Positions 27,473 to 36,839 of a stretch of DNA of 64,000 bases are shown here, piece by piece (position 1 is the first letter of the stretch; the number at the start of each line of letters is the position of its first letter). The translations under genes were made by a program, and so were the position numbers. Location of the stretch: NCBI RefSeq assembly GCF_032007265.1, contig NZ_DALZMB010000008.1, forward strand, positions 616 through 64,615. Direction: 5' to 3'. This stretch comes from Paracoccus sp. (in: a-proteobacteria). Lineage in GTDB: Bacteria > Pseudomonadota > Alphaproteobacteria > Rhodobacterales > Rhodobacteraceae. The notes below the pieces were generated by a model. That model was not told the DNA's origin. It saw nothing but the letters and a program-made list of their open reading frames with translations, and made no database searches.

Positions 27473-29263
27473 TCAGAAGCCACCCTCGTCAAACAGGCTG
27501 CGTTTGTGGCCACCGCTTGGCACCAAAAGCGCACCAATGACCACGGTCGCACCTGCGATGATGATCGCATACCACAGACCCGCATAGATATTGCCGCTTT
27601 GCGCCGAAATCGCGAATGCCGTCGCAGGCAGCAATCCCCCGAACCAGCCGTTGCCGATGTGATAGGGCAGCGACATGCCGGAATAACGGATGCGGGTCGG
27701 GAACAGCTCGACCAGCGCGGCCGCAATCGGGCCGTAAACCATCGTCACCAAAAGGATCAGATAGGTCAGCAAAGCCACCAGCTTCAACTTTTGCGCCGTG
27801 AAGATGTCAAAGAAGTTGTTGGCTTTGGCCACGGTCGTATTCTCGGCAGCATTCAGCGGATAGCCAGCCGCGCTAAGTGCGGCATTCACCTCGCCCTCAA
27901 AGGTGGCTTTGGCGGCTTTCAACTCATCCCCGGTCAGCGTCCCCTCATACGAGTGGATGGTCTGATCGCCGACCTGCACCGTCGCGGTCGAACCCGCCGG
28001 GCCATCCTCGGTCGTATAGTTGACCGATGACTTTGCCAGCAGCGCCTTGGCGATATCGCAAGACGAGGTAAACTTCGACGCACCCGTCGGGTTGAACTGG
28101 AACGAACAGGTGTTCGGATCCGCCGTCACGATCACCGTGGTGTCATCCTGAGCATGCGCCAAGGCCGGGTTGGCATTGACCGTGATCTGATGAAAGACCG
28201 GGAAATAGGTCAGCGCCGCCAGCAGACAGCCACCCAGAATGATCGGCTTGCGCCCGATCCGGTCCGACAGGCTGCCAAAGAAGACAAAGCCAGCCGTACC
28301 CAGAATCAACGCCCATGCGATCAGCACGTTCGAGGTGAACGTATCCACCTTGACCACGTTATTGATGAAAAACAGCGCATAGAACTGGCCCGAGTACCAG
28401 ACAACAGCCTGTCCCGCGGTCAGACCGAAAAGCGCGATCAGGGCAATTTTTGCGTTTTTCCACTGGCCAAACGCCTCACGCAAAGGCGCTTTCGATGTCG
28501 CGCCCTCTTCCTTCATCTTCTTGAAGGCCGGGCTTTCTTCCATCTGCAGGCGAATATACAGCGAAACCGCCAAAAGTACGACCGAAACTAGGAAAGGTAC
28601 GCGCCACCCCCAGGCCTTGAAGGGCTCTAGCATGACCTGCGCCCCATCCGGACCCAGCAAAGGCTGACCATTGGCGAATTGCGGTACGGGTGCGTAAGCG
28701 CCGTTCACATAGGACTGAACCATCAAGATGATGACCAGCGACAGCAGCAGACCCAGCGTCGCGGTCGTCTGGATCCAGCTGGTGTAATAGCCGCGACGAT
28801 TGGCGGGCGCATGTTCCGCAACATAGGTTGCCGCGCCGCCATATTCCCCGCCAAGCGCCAGACCCTGCAACATGCGCAGGATGATCAAGATGACCGGTGC
28901 CGCGACGCCCCAGGCCTCATAACCCGGCAAAAGCCCGACGATGAAGGTCGAGATGCCCATGATCAAAATGGTCATCAGAAAGGTATATTTACGCCCGACG
29001 ATATCGCCAAGCGAGCCAAAGACCAGCGCGCCAAGCGGGCGCACAATAAAGCCTGCAGCGAATGCAAGCAGCGCAAAGACGTTGCGGGTGGCCTCGGGGA
29101 ACGCGGTAAAGAACTGCGCACCGATGATCGCGGCCAGCGATCCATATAGATAGAAGTCATACCATTCAAAAACGGTGCCTAGCGATGACGCGAGAATGAC
29201 CTTCTTCTCGTCTTTTGTCATGGGCCGGGCGCGCGCGTTTTCCGACGCGGGTGCTATTGCCAT
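27473..29263 (-). CDS. MFS transporter, metabolite:H+ symporter (MHS) type, with a large loop insertion
   Basis: MHS-like motifs GTVFEWYDFYLYG and GALVFGSLGDIVGRK. Start placed at ATG 29263 (MAIAPASEN), which has a strong GGGAGGAAGG SD. A 133-aa hydrophilic insertion is encoded by 27791-28189. Confidence 0.85.
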   Translation of the reverse strand: MAIAPASENARARPMTKDEKKVILASSLGTVFEWYDFYLYGSLAAIIGAQFFTAFPEATRNVFALLAFAAGFIVRPLGALVFGSLGDIVGRKYTFLMTILIMGISTFIVGLLPGYEAWGVAAPVILIILRMLQGLALGGEYGGAATYVAEHAPANRRGYYTSWIQTTATLGLLLSLVIILMVQSYVNGAYAPVPQFANGQPLLGPDGAQVMLEPFKAWGWRVPFLVSVVLLAVSLYIRLQMEESPAFKKMKEEGATSKAPLREAFGQWKNAKIALIALFGLTAGQAVVWYSGQFYALFFINNVVKVDTFTSNVLIAWALILGTAGFVFFGSLSDRIGRKPIILGGCLLAALTYFPVFHQITVNANPALAHAQDDTTVIVTADPNTCSFQFNPTGASKFTSSCDIAKALLAKSSVNYTTEDGPAGSTATVQVGDQTIHSYEGTLTGDELKAAKATFEGEVNAALSAAGYPLNAAENTTVAKANNFFDIFTAQKLKLVALLTYLILLVTMVYGPIAAALVELFPTRIRYSGMSLPYHIGNGWFGGLLPATAFAISAQSGNIYAGLWYAIIIAGATVVIGALLVPSGGHKRSLFDEGGF

Positions 29264-30032
29264 TATGTCCCTTCCTCCCTTTCCGAAATTCCTGTCGAGA
29301 TGGCGCATTTCCGCATGTCCCGACCCGGTCTGTTGCGCACCGCTTGTCACCTTGCCGCCTAGGCAAAAGCCGTCCGATCAGGACGGGTTGGCGGTTTGTC
29401 TCAAACCTTGCCACCGTCCAGCTGGCGCAACCTTTTGCCTTGACTGGGAAAGCTCCGAGAGCTTCGACCGGAAAACTCCCGTGGTGAGCCGCCCTGCGGC
29501 ACCCGTTGCTGCGATGCTTCTTCCCGGCAGTGCTGAGACCCATGCGGATTTTGCGCAAAACATCTGCTCTGCCCGGATTTCCATTCGATCGGCGCGGCAC
29601 ATACCGGCATGTCGAACAGTCAGACTTCCTGGCCTCCTCTGCGCTGCCGCATCGCCGGTGAAACCTCCCGTGTTTCGCAGGCAAGCGGCGGTGTTCACAA
29701 TCATGTTAAACGCAATATTCCCAATGCGTAAATTATAAATTGTCCCATCTCAGCCTAATGACGCTGCGCCAGCTGCGAATATTCGCGATGTCAGATCCGG
29801 CTCGGTGCTTGATCAGCCATTCGACAGCGGCTTGGGCATTGCCGCGAAGCGAGCGACATCTGTGCAGCGTCCTTCCCATGCCTGATGGAAAATCTGGGTC
29901 GCATTTTCGGGGATTTGTGGGGGTTTCAAGGAAACTGGACCAGTTGGCCCGCGCGGCATGTCGCATTTCCACGCCATTTGCAGGGGCGAAGGCACGAAAT
30001 CAGCGAAATGTTCGGATTTCTGACCCTGAAAT

Positions 30033-30070
30033 GAGATCAACCGCCGTCCCAGGGGACGACGGTTGATCTC
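30033..30070 (-). terminator. Long hairpin downstream of tRNA-Leu
   Basis: 17-bp inverted repeat GAGATCAACCGCCGTCC / GGACGACGGTTGATCTC (one mismatch) with a 4-nt loop, 42 nt past the tRNA 3' end. The U-tract is weak on either strand. Confidence 0.45.
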
Positions 30071-30111
30071 GTTTGGGGATAACCCCGGATGACATTGCTG
30101 CCATCGTTTTA

Positions 30112-30196
30112 TGGTGCCCAGAAGAGGACTCGAACCTCCACGCCTTGCGGCACACGGACCTGAACCGTGCGCGTCTACCAATTCCGCCACCTGGGC
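30112..30196 (-). tRNA. tRNA-Leu (anticodon CAG)
   Basis: Reverse complement reads GCCCAGGTGGCGGAATTGGTAGACGCGCACGGTTCAGGTCCGTGTGCCGCAAGGCGTGGAGGTTCGAGTCCTCTTCTGGGCACCA. It has a 7-bp acceptor stem, anticodon loop TTCAGGT, a long variable arm, a GGTTCGAGTCC T-arm and an encoded CCA. Confidence 0.95.
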
Positions 30197-30214
30197 TCAG
30201 GTGCTGTGAGAGGG

Positions 30215-30243
30215 GATTTACCGATGCCCATGGGGGGTGTCAA
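30215..30243 (-). promoter_or_regulatory. Sigma-70-type promoter for tRNA-Leu
   Basis: On the minus strand: TTGACA (30243-30238), a 17-nt spacer, then TAAATC (30220-30215). The -10 ends 18 nt upstream of the mature tRNA 5' end. Confidence 0.45.
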
Positions 30244-30453
30244 CACAGGTTCCGCAGAAAAATTAAGAAAACTTTCGTCGGATGGGATTGGCCAAGCGCC
30301 AGGGCCAGCAATTGCAGGAAATTTCGTGCCATCATTGGGGGATAGCATGCTCACCTGTCCCGAAAGCACGCTGGAAAATGGCGCCACGAGGGCAGCCCTG
30401 CCCCCGAATTTTTTCAGATCACGGGTTTTGATGCGGTTTTTTGATCCGCGGGA

Positions 30454-30639
30454 TCACTCACCACCGCGCCTGAGCCAGAACAGCGCGTAAAGCAAATACA
30501 GTCCTGCCGCAGCAAACAGCGCGGCCCAGCCGACCGCGCCATTGGAATATTCGACGACCGCCCAGATCAAGGGCAGCACCACGCACAACAGGCGAACCCA
30601 GAGGCGGTTAAAAAACGGGTTTTCGGGATCGATCAACAT
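30454..30639 (-). CDS. Small membrane protein (DUF3329-like)
   Basis: 61-aa ORF with two hydrophobic helices (LWVRLLCVVLPLIWAVVEY, WAALFAAAGLYLLYALFWL). It resembles the small DUF3329 proteins of Rhodobacterales as I remember them. Confidence 0.6.
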   Translation of the reverse strand: MLIDPENPFFNRLWVRLLCVVLPLIWAVVEYSNGAVGWAALFAAAGLYLLYALFWLRRGGE

Positions 30640-30952
30640 CGCTGCTGCTTACACGAATTTCCGCCCGATCCAAAGACAAAGCGGCCATCACGCCAAAGCG
30701 CGAGTTTTTGTCGAATAGCAAAGATCGGACACCCCAACTCCCTGTTAAAACATAGCATTATATCAATCTTGAGTTGTGTTAGAAAAATCCACCTGTTCAA
30801 AAGGTCAGCTAACAAACAGACAACTATCCGCGGCGCTTAAGACAGGTTAATTTCATTTTGTTGATCGTTAAATCAATGTGTTATCCCTGTTTGTCTTCGT
30901 GTCGCTGAAGTCCGGGCGATTGTGTTAAGTGCGTTTGTTAACGAGGGTTAGG

Positions 30953-32557
30953 ATGATCGAAGATCTCCAACGCGGGTCTTGGGATGTCATCGTCATCGGT
31001 ACGGGTATCGGTGGCGGACTTACCGCAAGACGGCTCTGCGAATTGGGTCTGAGCGTCCTGATGATTGAGAAAGGCGCCGACCTTGGCGACACAAGGTCCG
31101 GCCTTCCCATGACGACTGCGACAAATCCCCAAGAACGTCTGGAAAGCGGGGCTTGGCCCCAGCCGCTAGAGGCGCAGCTTGATGGCAGCGCCGCCAAGCT
31201 AGAGGGGATGATCGGCGCAGCAGTCGGCGGCACATCGCTTTATTATGCCGCAACATTAGAGCGCCCCGAGCGTCACGATCTGGATCACAGCGCCGAACGA
31301 CCCCATCCAACTGGGGGCTGGCCTGTCGGTTATGCCGAATTCGCGCCCTATTTTGATCGCGCAGAGCGCTATATGCATATCGGTGGCCAAACCGATCCGC
31401 TGGATGCTCAGGCCGCTGCCCTGCCTTTTCCTGCCCGACCCTTTACGGCCACCGATACGGCGCTTTTCACCACATTGCGCCACAACGGCCTGCATCCCTA
31501 TCAGACCCATATGGCCGCGCGCTTTGTTCCCGGCTGCGAAGGGTGTTTTGGCAGGCGCTGCCCGCGGCGCTGCAAGATGGATGGTCGCAGCGCGGGGGTT
31601 TTGCCTGCATTGGAAACCGGCCGCGCCGCGCTGATCGACCGTTGCACGGTTTTATCCATTGATGCCGATGATCAGGTCACTTCGATCCGATGTCGACGCG
31701 ACGATCAGGAATTCACACTGACCGCCCGTGCCTATGTTCTTGCAGGGGGTGGGCTTGGCTCGCCTGCCCTGCTGCTGCGCTCGCGCAATGAGATCTGGCC
31801 CGAGGGGCTGGGCAACCGCCACGATCTGGTGGGGCGCAATCTGATGTTCCACCTCAGCGAGATCATGGCGCTATGGCCGGGAACGCCAAACCGCCCCGAG
31901 GATACCGAGAACCGCTCGATCAGTCTGCGCGATCTGTATTACCGCGCGGGCCAAAGGTTCGGCCTGATTCAGACGATGGGCCTAAGTGCGGGTTATGGTG
32001 AAGTGCTTTATGCCATGCAGGGCCGCTTTGACCGCTCGCGCCTGCGCGGCATCAAGCTGCTGCGTCACGGCTTGCGCATTCCCGCGATGCTGGCGGCACG
32101 GCTGCTGGGCCCGGCCAAGCTATTTGTCGGCGTGCTTGAGGATCTGCCCTATCGTGACAATCGCCTGCTGCACGAAAAGGACGACAACAGCGACCGTCTG
32201 CGCTTTCGTTATGACATCTCGGACGAGCTCAAGTCGCGGCGCATGGCCTTTCGGCGCGAAATGCGTCACGCCTTTCGCGGCAAACGCAGCATGTTCATGG
32301 GCAGCGCGCCCCAACTGAATTTCGCCCATCCCTGCGGTACCCTGCGCTTTGGCGACGACCCGACGACCAGCGTGCTGGACCGCGACTGCAAAGTGCATGG
32401 GCTTACCAACCTTTATGTCAGTGACGCCTCATTCATGCCCACATCCAACGGCGTGAACCCCAGCCTGACCATTGCTGCAAATGCGCTGCGCGTCGCCGAG
32501 CGGATTTCCGAGCAGCTGCAAGCACGGCTTGCCGCAGACCGCCCGCTTAGCTATTGA
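30953..32557 (+). CDS. GMC-family FAD-dependent oxidoreductase
   Basis: N-terminal dinucleotide fold DVIVIGTGIGGGLTARRL...VLMIEKG and a C-terminal GMC region (HPCGTLRFG..., LYVSDASFMPTSNGVNPSLTI). ATG 30953 with a GAGGG SD. Confidence 0.85.
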   Translation: MIEDLQRGSWDVIVIGTGIGGGLTARRLCELGLSVLMIEKGADLGDTRSGLPMTTATNPQERLESGAWPQPLEAQLDGSAAKLEGMIGAAVGGTSLYYAATLERPERHDLDHSAERPHPTGGWPVGYAEFAPYFDRAERYMHIGGQTDPLDAQAAALPFPARPFTATDTALFTTLRHNGLHPYQTHMAARFVPGCEGCFGRRCPRRCKMDGRSAGVLPALETGRAALIDRCTVLSIDADDQVTSIRCRRDDQEFTLTARAYVLAGGGLGSPALLLRSRNEIWPEGLGNRHDLVGRNLMFHLSEIMALWPGTPNRPEDTENRSISLRDLYYRAGQRFGLIQTMGLSAGYGEVLYAMQGRFDRSRLRGIKLLRHGLRIPAMLAARLLGPAKLFVGVLEDLPYRDNRLLHEKDDNSDRLRFRYDISDELKSRRMAFRREMRHAFRGKRSMFMGSAPQLNFAHPCGTLRFGDDPTTSVLDRDCKVHGLTNLYVSDASFMPTSNGVNPSLTIAANALRVAERISEQLQARLAADRPLSY

Positions 32558-32587
32558 ACGGGTAAGCACCTACCGAAGGAGCGGCGG

Positions 32588-33580
32588 ATGTCTGCAGCTA
32601 AACTTGTCACCATTTATGGCGGATCGGGTTTCCTCGGTCGGCAAATCGCCCGGCAACTCGCCTCGCAGGGCTGGCGTGTCCGTGTGGCCGTTCGCCGCCC
32701 GAACGAGGCGATTGCGGTTCGCACCTATGGCGTGCCGGGCCAGATCGATCCGGTCCTGTGCAACGTCCGCGACGATCTTTCCGTCCGCGCCAGCATGACC
32801 GATGCCGATGCCGTGGTGAATTGCGTGGGCATTATGGTCCGCGAAGGCAAAAACACCTTTGACGCCATCCATGTCGAGGCCGCAGCACGCGTCTCGCGAC
32901 TGGCGGCCGAGCTGGGCACCAAGCAATTCGTCCATATCTCGGCGCTTGGCGCTGATCCGCAGGCCAAAAGCGATTACCTCGCCTCGAAAGGGCGTGGCGA
33001 GCAGCTTGTGCTAGAGCATCGCCCCGATGCGGTGATTTTGCGGCCCTCGATCATCTTTGGCTCGGACGATACCTTCTACAACCGCATCGGCGCCATGACC
33101 CGCTTTGGCCCGCTGCTGTTCGTGCCCGGCGCCTCGACACAGGTGCAGCCGGTCTATGTCATGGATGTCGCGCGCGCCGCGGCCATGGCCGTCGAAGGCA
33201 AAGTGCAGGCCGGGATTTATGAGCTGGCCGGCCCCGACGTGCTGACGATGCGCGAGGTCGCGCGTCAAGTGCTGCAGGTCACCGGTCGCCGTCGTGCCAT
33301 CATTGGCATGCCGCATTTCATGGCAGCCCTTGCGGGTTCGGCGCTGGATTTTGGCCAATCGCTGACGGGTGGTCTGATCACCAACCGACTGCTGACCAAA
33401 GATCAGGCGCGCACCCTGCGCCTGCACAATCGCGCCGATGACAAGGCCCGCGGCTTTGCAGATTTCGGGATCGAGCCCACCAACGCCATGGCGATCATCC
33501 CCGAATACCTTTGGCGCTTCCGCCCCTCGGGCCAATATACCGCCATCACTGAATCCGCCAAAAACCTGCGGCGCAGCTGA
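32588..33580 (+). CDS. NAD(P)-binding SDR, complex I NDUFA9-like family
   Basis: Rossmann motif [13 protein letters not shown]. Overall resemblance to alphaproteobacterial NDUFA9/39-kDa-like proteins ([11 protein letters not shown]). Confidence 0.85.
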   Translation: MSAAKLVTIYGGSGFLGRQIARQLASQGWRVRVAVRRPNEAIAVRTYGVPGQIDPVLCNVRDDLSVRASMTDADAVVNCVGIMVREGKNTFDAIHVEAAARVSRLAAELGTKQFVHISALGADPQAKSDYLASKGRGEQLVLEHRPDAVILRPSIIFGSDDTFYNRIGAMTRFGPLLFVPGASTQVQPVYVMDVARAAAMAVEGKVQAGIYELAGPDVLTMREVARQVLQVTGRRRAIIGMPHFMAALAGSALDFGQSLTGGLITNRLLTKDQARTLRLHNRADDKARGFADFGIEPTNAMAIIPEYLWRFRPSGQYTAITESAKNLRRS

Positions 33581-34383
33581 TGGAGCATAATACGATCGTC
33601 GCAGCCATTCTGGGGCTGCTTGAAGGGATGACCGAATTCATCCCGGTGTCGTCGACCGGCCATATCCTTTTGGCAGGCCATTTCCTTGGATTTGACTCGC
33701 CGGGTCGCGCCTTCGAAGTGCTGATCCAGCTTGGCGCGATTCTGGCGGTGCTTGGCGTTTACGCAGGCAGGCTGTGGTCGATCTTTTCCAGCGCACCCCA
33801 TGACCCAAAATCACGCCATTTTATTCTGGCCGTGCTTTTGGCGTTCATCCCGGCGGTGGTGATCGGCGTTCTTGCCCATGACACCATCAAGAATGTGCTG
33901 TTCGAGACGCCAAAGCTGATCGCGATCATGCTGATCATTGGCGGGTTTATTTTGCTTGCGGCAGATCGTCTGGCCAAGAACCCCAAATATCACCGCCCCG
34001 AGGATTTCCCCCTTCCCATGGCGCTGGCGATTGGTCTGATCCAATGCCTGGCCATGATCCCCGGCGTTTCACGTTCGGGCGCCACGATTGTCGGTGCGCT
34101 GGCGTTTGGCGCGGATAAACGTTCTGCTGCGGAATTCAGCTTCTTTCTGTCCATGCCGACCATGATCGGTGCCTTTGCTTACGATTTGATGAAGAACCGC
34201 GATATTTTGGATGGCGCAGCCATGTCGAATATCGTGATCGGCTTCATATGCGCCTTTGTCTCGGCGCTGATCGTGGTGAAATGGGTGTTGGGCTACATCT
34301 CGTCACATGGCTATCGCTTCTTTGCCTGGTGGCGAATCATCGTCGGCAGCGTGGCTTTGCTGGCTCTCACGTTGATTGGGTAA
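33580..34383 (+). CDS. uppP: Undecaprenyl-diphosphate phosphatase
   Basis: BacA/UppP motifs [14 protein letters not shown] and [10 protein letters not shown]. Polytopic membrane profile. Confidence 0.95.
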   Translation: MEHNTIVAAILGLLEGMTEFIPVSSTGHILLAGHFLGFDSPGRAFEVLIQLGAILAVLGVYAGRLWSIFSSAPHDPKSRHFILAVLLAFIPAVVIGVLAHDTIKNVLFETPKLIAIMLIIGGFILLAADRLAKNPKYHRPEDFPLPMALAIGLIQCLAMIPGVSRSGATIVGALAFGADKRSAAEFSFFLSMPTMIGAFAYDLMKNRDILDGAAMSNIVIGFICAFVSALIVVKWVLGYISSHGYRFFAWWRIIVGSVALLALTLIG

Positions 34384-34451
34384 GTATAACTGACCTAATT
34401 AATGATCAAAGCAGGCCAAATTCAGGCGCCTCACCAAACAAAACGTAAAAT

Positions 34452-34474
34452 AGGTCAGTGCGCCTGACTTTTTA
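34452..34474 (+). terminator. Weak terminator after uppP
   Basis: AGGTCAG-TGCGC-CTGACTT followed by TTTTT, about 70 nt after the stop. Confidence 0.4.
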
Positions 34475-34534
34475 TCGCAATAAGCTCGTTTTATTCCTTC
34501 TGACAGTTCCCATTGTCCGGAAGGATGCGCAGCT

Positions 34535-36019
34535 ATGGCCACGCAAAAGATGCTTAAGTTTGTCACCTTGGGTCGGCAGATGCCCGACAAGCGTGACGCA
34601 GCCGACCGCGCGCAGGACTTCCACGAGATCTATCGCGAATTTGCCGAGGTCAAAGCCCAAGAGCAGGCCAGCCGTTGCAGCCAATGCGGCGTGCCCTATT
34701 GTCAGTCGCATTGCCCGCTGCACAACAATATCCCCGACTGGCTGCGCCTGACCGCCGAGGGCCGCACCCAAGAGGCCTATCTGGTCTCGCAAGAGACAAA
34801 CACGTTTCCCGAAATCTGTGGCCGCATCTGCCCTCAGGACCGCTTGTGCGAAGGCAATTGCGTGATCGAGCAATCCGGCCATGGCACCGTCACCATCGGC
34901 GCCATCGAGAAATACATCACCGATACCGCTTGGGAGGAAGGCTGGGTTCGCCCGATTGCTCCGATCAAAGAGCGTGGCGAATCCATTGGCATCATTGGCG
35001 CTGGTCCGGGCGGGCTTGCTGCGGCCGACCGTCTGCGGCGCATGGGCTTTCAGGTCACGGTCTATGACCGCCATGACCGGGCGGGCGGGCTGCTGATCTA
35101 TGGCATTCCCGGCTTCAAGCTGGAAAAGGACGTGGTCGAGCGGCGCAATCGCCTGCTGGCCGATGGCGGCGTCGAATTTGTGCTGGATACCAATATCGGT
35201 GAAGACATCAGCTTTGACGCGATCCGTGGGCGCCATGATGCCGTGCTGATCGCGACCGGCGTCTATAAGACCCGCAACCTGGACATCGACAATGCCGATG
35301 CTCGCGGCGTCGTGGCGGCCCTGGACTATCTGACCGCCTCGAACCGGGTGGATCTGGGCGATGACGTTCCTGATTTCGAGGATGGCGAGCTGAACGCCAA
35401 GGGCAAGCGCGTGATCGTCATCGGCGGCGGCGACACGGCCATGGATTGCGTGCGCACAGCCATCCGCCAAGGCGCACAATCGGTAAAATGCCTGTATCGC
35501 CGCGACCGCGCCAATATGCCCGGCTCGCAACGCGAGGTGCAAAACGCCGAGGAAGAGGGCGTCGAATTCGTCTGGATGACGGCACCGGGCGCATTTCAGG
35601 GCCATATCACGGGCGATGCCGCCATCCAGGAAGAACGCGATGTTGATGGCATTGACCACATCGCCTCGGTGCGAATTCAGAAGATGCGCCTTGGTGCGCC
35701 AGATGTCTCGGGGCGCCAATCACCCGAGCTGATCCCGGGGGCGGACTACCACGAACCGGCCGAGCTGGTGATCAAAGCGCTTGGCTTTGAACCCGAAGAG
35801 ATCCCGCGTCTTTGGGGGGTCGATGGGCTAGAGGTCACGCGCTGGGGGACGATCAAGGCCGATTTCCAAACCCATCGCACCAGCCTGACTGGCGTCTACG
35901 CCGTCGGCGATATCGTACGCGGCGCCAGCCTTGTGGTTTGGGCCATCCGCGATGGGCGCGAGGCCGCAGACAGCATTGCTGAATATCTGACCAACTCGGC
36001 GCGTGTCGCTGCTGAATAG
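34535..36019 (+). CDS. gltD: Glutamate synthase (NADPH) small subunit
   Basis: Fe-S Cys clusters CSQCGVPYCQSHCP and CGRICPQDRLCEGNC. Dinucleotide folds IGIIGAGPGGLAAA and VIVIGGGDTAMDC. Confidence 0.95.
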   Translation: MATQKMLKFVTLGRQMPDKRDAADRAQDFHEIYREFAEVKAQEQASRCSQCGVPYCQSHCPLHNNIPDWLRLTAEGRTQEAYLVSQETNTFPEICGRICPQDRLCEGNCVIEQSGHGTVTIGAIEKYITDTAWEEGWVRPIAPIKERGESIGIIGAGPGGLAAADRLRRMGFQVTVYDRHDRAGGLLIYGIPGFKLEKDVVERRNRLLADGGVEFVLDTNIGEDISFDAIRGRHDAVLIATGVYKTRNLDIDNADARGVVAALDYLTASNRVDLGDDVPDFEDGELNAKGKRVIVIGGGDTAMDCVRTAIRQGAQSVKCLYRRDRANMPGSQREVQNAEEEGVEFVWMTAPGAFQGHITGDAAIQEERDVDGIDHIASVRIQKMRLGAPDVSGRQSPELIPGADYHEPAELVIKALGFEPEEIPRLWGVDGLEVTRWGTIKADFQTHRTSLTGVYAVGDIVRGASLVVWAIRDGREAADSIAEYLTNSARVAAE

Positions 36020-36030
36020 GGGAAAGCATC

Positions 36031-36807
36031 ATGGCACAATCATCACGCACCCACATCAGCTGTCGGCCCCGCCCGAAAGATCATCTGGCGCTGATCATGC
36101 CGGCGTCCATCCTGATGCTGCTTTGCCTGCTGAACCAGCCAGCCCATGCGGGCACATTCACCCCGCCGCAGGGCTGCACGCTTGAGGTGACGATCCAGAA
36201 CCGCAGCTGCACCGTCTCGCAGCATTTTCGGTGCAGCGCCGACACGCCCGGCGATCAGCGTGTCATCTATTTCGACCCCGATGGCCCGACCTTTGAATCG
36301 CGCATCGACAAGGAAACACGCTGGCTTGAAAGCACCGACCTGCGCTCGGGCCTCACCGATCGGCTGTCCTCAGAGGCCGCCGACCCCGCCTCTTTCGCAA
36401 CGCTTTTGTCGCAAGGTCGCGATGAATTCGACTTTTGGACCGAATCCAGCAACGGAGAGCGCCTTCGCCATGTCGGGCATGACCAGCTGACCGGCAAAAG
36501 CGTTCAGATCGGTGGCCAACCGCTAGAAGAGACCGAATTCGACCTGAAAACCTATAATGAGGGCGGTGATCTGCTGATCCATCGCAGCGGCAATCAGTTC
36601 ATCAGCCGTGCCCAGGGCCGCTTTTATGGCGGGGTCGAACATTCCGAGGATTGGACCGGCCAGATCCAGGACAGCAACGACAGCCCGGTGCGCTTTGCGT
36701 TCCCCGGCCAGCCCGGTTTCGGCGAAACCCAGCCCGCCTATGACTGCGATCTGCAGATGGTGCGGGCCTATTCCACCCCGGTCGCGCGCAACCAAGCGCC
36801 GTCCTGA
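36031..36807 (+). CDS. Hypothetical exported protein inserted between gltD and gltB
   Basis: 258-aa ORF starting 12 nt after the gltD stop, with a GGGGAAAG SD. Sec-type signal (basic n-region, LALIMPASILMLLCLL, AHA|G). The mature part has 4 Cys. I do not recognise a family. An alternative ATG lies at 36097. Confidence 0.6.
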   Translation: MAQSSRTHISCRPRPKDHLALIMPASILMLLCLLNQPAHAGTFTPPQGCTLEVTIQNRSCTVSQHFRCSADTPGDQRVIYFDPDGPTFESRIDKETRWLESTDLRSGLTDRLSSEAADPASFATLLSQGRDEFDFWTESSNGERLRHVGHDQLTGKSVQIGGQPLEETEFDLKTYNEGGDLLIHRSGNQFISRAQGRFYGGVEHSEDWTGQIQDSNDSPVRFAFPGQPGFGETQPAYDCDLQMVRAYSTPVARNQAPS

Positions 36808-36839
36808 TCTTTCCCACCTCTTTGACCGAGGGAACCAAA

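Noticed and set aside
29733-30190. ORFs of 79, 108 and 125 aa next to or over tRNA-Leu as possible genes (for example an integrase remnant)
   Set aside because: One runs through the tRNA itself. None has an SD or a motif I can recognise. They are kept only as a possible pseudogene note in the findings, not as features.
30388-30445. Two plus-strand T6 runs with short GC stems between tRNA-Leu and the DUF3329 gene, considered as terminators of an sRNA
   Set aside because: The stems are only 5-6 bp with 2-4-nt loops. No plus-strand promoter or conserved structure is identifiable. The evidence is insufficient.
34472-35719. 415-aa ORF antisense to gltD, with similar ORFs 36951..37682, 37851..38975 and 39699..40256 antisense to gltB
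   Set aside because: These are shadows of clearly identified glutamate synthase subunits. They have no SDs or domains.
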